Shown here piece after piece: positions 50,779 through 64,000 of a stretch of 64,000 bases of DNA; within the stretch, counting starts at the first letter, position 1, and each line of letters starts with the position of its first letter. The notes under the pieces were generated by a model, which searched no databases, was not told the origin of the DNA, and saw only the letters and a program-made list of their open reading frames with translations. Origin of the DNA: Amoebidium appalachense (Eukaryota; Protista; Ichthyosporea); the NCBI GenBank assembly GCA_963693365.1, contig CAVNZM010000009.1, positions 390,963 to 454,962 of the forward strand. Direction: 5' to 3'. The translations under genes and the position numbers were made by a program.

Positions 50779-51646
50779 CTACACACACACACACACACAC
50801 AAGAGGGAGAGAGAGAGAGAGCCAAAAAGAGAAGGGGCAGGTGCGGGGGGGGGGGGGGGGGGGGGGGGGGGAGGAGATAGAGATAGAGTGAGGGGGAGAG
50901 ACAGCACGGGAGGGAGCGAGGGAGAGAGAGAGGGGCGGAAGGCGGGGGGAGGGGGGGAGGGAGGGGGGAATGACTCCGACGGAGGGAGGAAGGGGACGAG
51001 TGAGGGAGGAGGGAGGGAGGGTGGGAGAAAGAGTGAGTGAGGGAGAGAAAAGAGAGAGAGGGAGAAGGAGGGAGAGAGAGTATTCTAACAAACATTGTCC
51101 GGCACACTCAGAATGCACACAAGTGGTCTGCGCATGCGCGCTGCACAGTACGTGCCTATGTACAGCGCCATGTTTTTGCACGTACATGCTATGTATGCCC
51201 ACAGTGACCGAATTTAGTTTTGTGAATATCATGGTCAAGCATGCCTTACTTGCAAGTGTCGCTTTCAACCCAAGGCCTCCTATATATCACCCTTGCCTTT
51301 GACCTGCCGCCGGGCCGGCGCGAAGCCTTGACGGTCATCGGCGCGCGCGGGTTTTTGGAGGGGCCAATCGCAGTGAAGGCCAAACTATTTTACCACCCTC
51401 CAGCTGCTTTTTTTCACAGCTAATCAGATCAGACGTTAAATTGAGAAGCGCATAACGCACCCTTTCAACCAATAGAAGTATAGTTTAAACAGAAGCGGGC
51501 AAAAGACCAAATTGTCCTATGATGGCCGAAGGGTGAAATGTGTGGCCACGCCGCCCTTTCCGTGCAGTCACGCGCACGGCACACGGCATCGTGAACGCTG
51601 ACTCTCCCTCCCACCATAACCTTTTCTGCTTTTTCTAACGAAGAAA

Positions 51647-54600
51647 ATGACTAAGGACGAGGTCGTCGTGGAGGAGGTATAAATTTTTGCTACCCGGCTG
51701 TTGGAATAGTGGGAGAAAGTACGACGTTCAGGTGTAGAAGCATGTGGGAAGTTACAAACGAAAAAACACCGTTTCTGGACCAACATTCAGACCGACCATT
51801 TCTCGTCTTAGCCAACACAGACTATACACTGCACTGGTTTACGTCAGCCCTTAAGCTTCTATAGTGACTCGATGTCCAAGTTGCATTCAAACATTAGCGG
51901 TCTGCTCCCTCTTTCTGCCAGGCCATCACAACAAGGCAAGTAATGGGCGCGTGTTTTTGTTGCTGATGTTTTGTGTGGCCACAGGTTGTGGAGGAGGTCG
52001 AGGTGGAGGAGGAAGAGGAGGAGGAGATTGTGGACCCCAAGACAGCGGTGCGTGTTTGTGTTTGTTTAAACATCGGCATTTTTTTTTTCAGTGTTTCAAG
52101 CATTAGTGGACTTGTGTAAGTTATTCTTACGAGGACATTTTTCTCTCTTGTGATGACTGTTTTTTTTCTTGGGTTTAGAGAGGTGCAGAAGGGAGGCAGT
52201 TGACGTGGGAGGAGGGGAAGGGCGGGCAGAGTGGTGGAGGACAAAGTGTTATGTGCTTTGCACAGGAATAATGTTCGGACAGATGCTTTTTTGGGAAACG
52301 AGAAGCCCAACCACCTGGTATTTACTTGTTGAGCACATTGAGCACGTTTTCCGAACAAGCTGTTCTCGGAAAGTAGTTGCTTGAGTTGTTCTGTGCTTCT
52401 GGGATGGTTTTTCTGTGTTTGACGTTTCGGGGTAGTAGGTGTGGACCAAGTGGCACATGCTTATTGTCTAAGTTTGAGCATATGGATGTTGTCTGTGCTC
52501 CTTGTATGAGTGGCAAGGAGCATGCAGCCAGTTCAATTATGGCGTAGTTAGCTACTCTGTCTTAGCAATACCGGTGCTTGGTCGCTTGTCCAAGCTTGTA
52601 CCTTCTCTTTACAAGCACACCTGTCGGAGTGCACACTTAGGGCATAGTGATGCATGAGCAAACATTCACCCGCCCATCAGACAATGGGGTGCTCACAGTT
52701 ATGTTGGGGTTTCCGGTTGTTTTCTTCCCTTGTGTAGCTTGAGTTGGTTTCTTTCAAGCATCCTCCGCTTTGGGTTTCACCTGCGAGTTTGATCAGTCGA
52801 AATCCAGGAACTGAGGGTAGTCACCTCTGAAGGTGCAGGCTCTGTTTATGGTGCATTCTCTTTGCACTGTGTTGTCCTTCGTAAATGTGTACCCTGTGTT
52901 CTGTAACACATCCTCACACCTTCCTCCCACTCCTCTCGCCCCCTCTTTCCTCCGTCTCGGGTGTAGCTTATAGCTTGATATAGTGCCTTTTCTCTTTGCC
53001 ATGAGCGTGCATTGTGCGCCATGCCTGGAAAGCAGCTCTGAAATGGTTTTTCGTTCGTTCTATGAAGCACAAAACTACTGCGCTCACGCACAAGATTATG
53101 GTACTTTCACTGCTGGGGACAGTTGGAGTGCCACACGTGCACTTGTGTTTTTCGTGTATATGTCTAAGGCTCTTGAGTGTCTGTGATAGATTTTGTTGGT
53201 GCACCCTGTGAGTGTGTGTGTGTGTGTGTGTGTGTGCACGCTCGTTGCATGCACGTGCGCTAGCGGTTGAGTGCGCGTGGTCGTGTGGTTGTGTGGTCGT
53301 TTGGTGTGTGTGCCTCTGGCGGAACCTGCTTACACTGACTCGTATGTTCATACAAGAAGGCTGGGCTGCTTGATTGGTTATGACACCTCACTCTTGCTTT
53401 CTCTGCCTGTGTGTGTTGTGTGTGTATGTCTGTGGGGGGGGGGGGTAAGATCATGAGGCTCCCGAGTTCTCATGTAGAATACGACGGTATGGAATGGGAA
53501 GGTGAGAAATGTGTTGCTGTGTGTATGGGTGTTTGAGAGGGGTAGGGTGATGATTTGGCAGCCGAGATAGGGGGAAGGGGATTTGGGGGCGGGGGGCAAG
53601 CAAGAAAAGCGATGGATGGGAACAAAGGTCATGATGAACAACGGGGGAACCGGTGAAATAGAACTACGTTGACCGTGTATGCATGGAGTGCAACATACAG
53701 CATACAGCATACAACACACACACACTCTCACACTCACACTCACACTCGCTGTGGGGAGTGCAGATGGACAAGGAGTGTGGTGAGCACCACTGCAGCTCGT
53801 ATGCGAAGGAGCTCGAGGCATGCACACTGCGGGTGGAGAGCAAGAGCGCCACCACGGAGACCTGCAGCCAGGAGTTCATGGACTTCATGCACTGCGTAGA
53901 CCACTGTGTACGTGTGTCCCCCACTCATACGGGCATGTGCACATCCTATCCCCCCACGCCTGCACGAGCATGTACGTGCTTGTGTACGTGTCCCCCACCC
54001 AAACGTGCCCCTGCACTTAGATCGAGTGCACATGCCCCTCATGCAGACACGCTGAGTACACGCATTCACCTGTGCGTTTCCTTCATCTGTACGCGTACGT
54101 GTGCCTGCGCCCCACCCATATGTGTCTGAGCACAACACGCAAGGGCATGGTGTACTTGCTGCCTACCCACACGTTTGGAGTTTTGGGCACTGTGCATCTT
54201 ATTAGCACACACATGCGGAATGTTTTCGTGTGTGTGTCCCTATTTGGCGGCATGGGGCTGCAACACATACACGTGCTTAGATGTGTCTGCCTTAGCGCTC
54301 ACGTGCACACTGCGCACAGGCACACGGAGGGTTATTTATGTTCCCTGTACACACATGTAGACATCTGGTACACAGGGTGTAAGTGTTGTTGTCTTAGCCG
54401 TGCCTAGTTAGTTCAGACCAGACTGGAAGTGAGAGGGTTGGGGTTGTGGGCGGATGGTGCTTGTGTGTGGGGGGGGCGGGGGGAGGGGATGGAGGGAATG
54501 GGGTGAGGATTTGAAGAGAGGGGGGGAGGGATGGCTGCCTCTGTACTTAGTTATGCAGGGGGTGGTCTTGCCTTGGTGGCTGCAGTTGTTTTTGGTAGTG

Positions 54601-55091
54601 GTGGTCGAGGGAGGGGGGGGGGGGAGGAGGAGGGTTGAAGGGGTGCTAAAGCTCACGTGCACACTGCGCACAGCCACACGGAGGGTTATTTGTGTTCCCT
54701 GTACACACATGTAGACATCTGGTACACAGGGTGTAAGTGTTGTTGTCTTAGCCGTGCCTAGTTAGTTCAGACCAGACTGGAAGTGAGAGGGTTGGGGTTG
54801 TGGGCGGATGGTGCTTGTGTGTGGGGGGGGAGGAGGGAAGGATGGGTGGGAAGGGGAAGGGGGGAGGAATGCGGGGAATGGGGTGAGGATTTGAAGAGAG
54901 GGGGGGAGGGGTGGCTGCCTCTGTACTTAGTTATGCAGGGGGTGGTCTTGCCTTGGTGGCTGCAGTTGTTTTTGGTAGTGGTGGTCGGGGGAGGGAGGGA
55001 GGGGGGGGGGAGGGTGGAAGGGGAGGTTAGTACCTGCTAACACACACTGCATCCACAGACCGCGCCAAAGCTCTTTGCCACGCTCAAGTAG
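51647..55091 (+). CDS. UQCRH: cytochrome b-c1 complex subunit 6 (hinge protein), 4 exons
   Basis: Exons 51647-51676, 51985-52047, 53764-53907, 55059-55091: MTKDEVVVEEVVEEVEVEEEEEEEIVDPKTAMDKECGEHHCSSYAKELEACTLRVESKSATTETCSQEFMDFMHCVDHCTAPKLFATLK*. Acidic N-terminus, VDP motif and conserved Cys pattern of the UCR_hinge family. Confidence 0.96.
54297..55025. repeat. ~355-bp tandem duplication in UQCRH intron 3
   Basis: 54297-54650 and 54651-55025 are near-identical except in their G-rich tracts. Confidence 0.9.
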
Positions 55092-55524
55092 ATGCCTGTG
55101 ACTGCAGGCCCATAGTCCAATTAAAGCCACCCAGCCGGTCATGCTCCCGGTGGGCTGGCCAGCTGCTCCTCACTGTCTGACTGTCTTAACTGTGCCTGCA
55201 CAAGTGTGTGTGTGTGTGTGTGGTGGTGGTGGTGGTGGTGGCGTGTGTGTATGTGGGTGTGGGTGTGTGGGTTTTTGGGGGGGGGGGGGGGGGGGGGAGA
55301 GGGCAAGAGCACTGCAGGCTACTGCCAACCTTATTAGCCATGCATAACCCCTAAGCCCCCGCCCCCCCCCCCCCCCCCCCCCCCCCCCCCCTTCCCCCCT
55401 CTCTTTCCGGACAGGGCAGGGAAGAACCATGCTAATATTAGCCGTCGCTCTATTTTATGAACTAATTTTTGTTGTGCCACGGATACGGGAGTGTACACGG
55501 GTACCTTGGGCTGTGATGTAATCG

Positions 55525-55583
55525 GTTATGTGATGAGGGCTAAGCCAATCATAGTTATGTGATGAGGGCTAAGCCAATCATAG
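55525..55583. repeat. 29-bp tandem duplication containing CCAAT
   Basis: gttatgtgatgagggctaagccaatcata x2, upstream of the RanBD-like gene. Confidence 0.85.
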
Positions 55584-56289
55584 CGTAGGAGCTGCGGGTT
55601 GGACGAATTAGATTTCATCATTGCTCATTGCGTTACGTAAGAGGGATGACGAGGCTCACAACCTGAAAAGCGAAAAACTCAAAATCGTCACAGACCAGTA
55701 CGTAGAAGTCCAAGCTTGAGCTCTCTCTTGAGGTGAATTCGTGAAGTTCATTTTAACTACACCTACTGTCACTTGCCACCATTATACAACCGGTTTTTAG
55801 GCCGAAATCACACTGAACAGAAAGTTTGGACACAGAAGGCACGCAGGGAGTTGAATCAGCAACGGAGCGAGGCAGAACAGAAGGCTACAGCTCATACCAC
55901 CGCGAGTCAGGCTTATGCATAGTTGATTATTTTGCAGGCAACGGTACAGCACACGTAGTTCTACCAGCGACAGTATAGGGACTGAGTCATGTTTTAATTG
56001 CAGCCGTAGCAAGTGTCATCCCTTTTTGTGCCAAACAACTTGGATATACAGCGCCACACCGCTAGACGATACATAGGTGGGGTGTTTGGATGAGGAAAAG
56101 ATCTCGTTCAGTTGTTTTGAGGGCGGTGCTTGAAGCACCCGCACATCCACAGCACACATCCTCACTTAACAAAGCTCAAGGCTAAACGGAATACACGCGG
56201 TAGATCTAGGCAGGTAGATACGTGAGCGCATACACACACGAACACACAAACACGCAGGAAAACCTGTTTTAGAATCCGGAGGTAGAGAA

Positions 56290-62919
<6,630 letters not shown>

Positions 62920-63202
62920 GTGTGCGCGTGTGTGTGTCTGTGTGTGTGCCTGTGCCTGTGCGTGCGTGTGTGTGCGCGCGCGCTTCTGCATGCTGCGTGC
63001 CGTGCCTGCGTGCCTGCGTGTGTGCGTGCGGGCGTGCGGGTGGGTGGGTGGGTGGGTGGGGGGGGGGGGGGGGGGGGATTGCAGGACTCCCTGTCTCCCT
63101 GTTAAAGTTATGCAGCTTCACCGGCGCTTTTTCATAGTAGCTGCCCGGTTCAGGAAAGGAACACTCGATATATGACTTAAACATTGAATGATGATTGCTT
63201 AA

Positions 63203-63740
63203 GGAGACTTGGGGGATGGATTTTAAATAAATATTGGGGGTGCGCATCAGACCGAGATGACCAAATTCCATAATTGATCCAGCTGATTAATCGAGGCCAA
63301 AAATCCGAAAGTTCAACTTTCAATATAAACCCCATGTCGATTGTGAGAGAATTAGCGCAGAAACCGGGGGAGAAAATGAAATATTAATTATAAAGTGGGG
63401 GGTGATTAGTTATATTGGAAGAATGGCATCCCTTGGAAAAATCAAGTTTTCCCGTTCTGCACCTCTTAGTGTAAACAATTATAGAAGGGGTAGAAATTGA
63501 TTTTTTCGAAGGTTGACACCTTTCCAACATAACTAATTAATCCCCACTTTATAATTGAAATTTCATTTCCTCCCCCGGTTTCTGCGCTAATTCTCTGAGA
63601 AATTACCGTTGAAAATTTGACCAGTTTGAGATTAAAGCCCCCAAACCGACAATTTCAGTCTACTGGCAGGCTCGAATTTGATCGATCTGATCGATTGGAT
63701 CCGCCCCAATTTTAAGCGAAAATCCATCCCCCAAGTCTCC
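63203..63740. mobile_element. Kolobok-like foldback MITE, 538 bp
   Basis: TTAA (63199-63202) GGAGACTTGGGGGATGGATTTT ... AAAATCCATCCCCCAAGTCTCC TTAA (63741-63744): 22-bp TIR, TTAA TSD, RR...YY termini. Long inner inverted arms at about 63346-63460 and 63484-63596. Confidence 0.85.
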
Positions 63741-64000
63741 TTAATAAACAAACACTTTGATCCTTCTTTTTTGGTCCCTAATTAGCATGGTTATACATCA
63801 ACCAATGATCATGTGAACCCAACCGCAGTATGTTTCACCCTAGGAGCAATAAACGACCATAACAACCTAACAACTTATAAGCTTATATAAGATGGGGATT
63901 TGCATGTCGAGGGGAATTATTTAAAGGCAAATGCACTGACACACAACTCCAGTACACATGCAAAAGTACAACCCACCCATGGGAGGAAACGGGCGGGCGG

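Overview
Eukaryotic nuclear DNA with GT-AG introns. The taxon cannot be fixed from the sequence; a protist or early-branching opisthokont is a guess. Introns and old intergenic DNA are saturated with poly-G/poly-C tracts and (CA)n/(GA)n microsatellites, so most supplied ORFs are repeat artefacts. Reading splice sites by hand gives in-frame models for six identifiable genes: the 5' part of UGGT (- strand, runs off the left edge), mitochondrial ribosomal protein bS18m (-), an SLC45/SUT-like sugar:H+ symporter (+, apparent +1 frameshift in exon 1), an atypical protein kinase with a long tail of duplicated phase-2 exons (+), the cytochrome bc1 hinge subunit UQCRH/QCR6 (+), and a RanBD/PH-like + UBE2Q-like E2 fusion (+, runs off the right edge). 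Two unknown genes lie on the - strand. Four DNA-transposon relics have visible TIRs and target-site duplications: hAT/P-like 2.0 kb, MULE-like 537 bp, Kolobok-like 538 bp, and a 36-bp P-type footprint. The most notable signals are sense-strand poly-C tracts just downstream of 5' splice sites, a CACGTGAC-N6-CCAAT composite repeated inside coding exons, the RanBD-UBE2Q architecture, and the P-type footprint. No RNA gene or CRISPR array was recognised. All gene models are manual and need RNA-seq confirmation.
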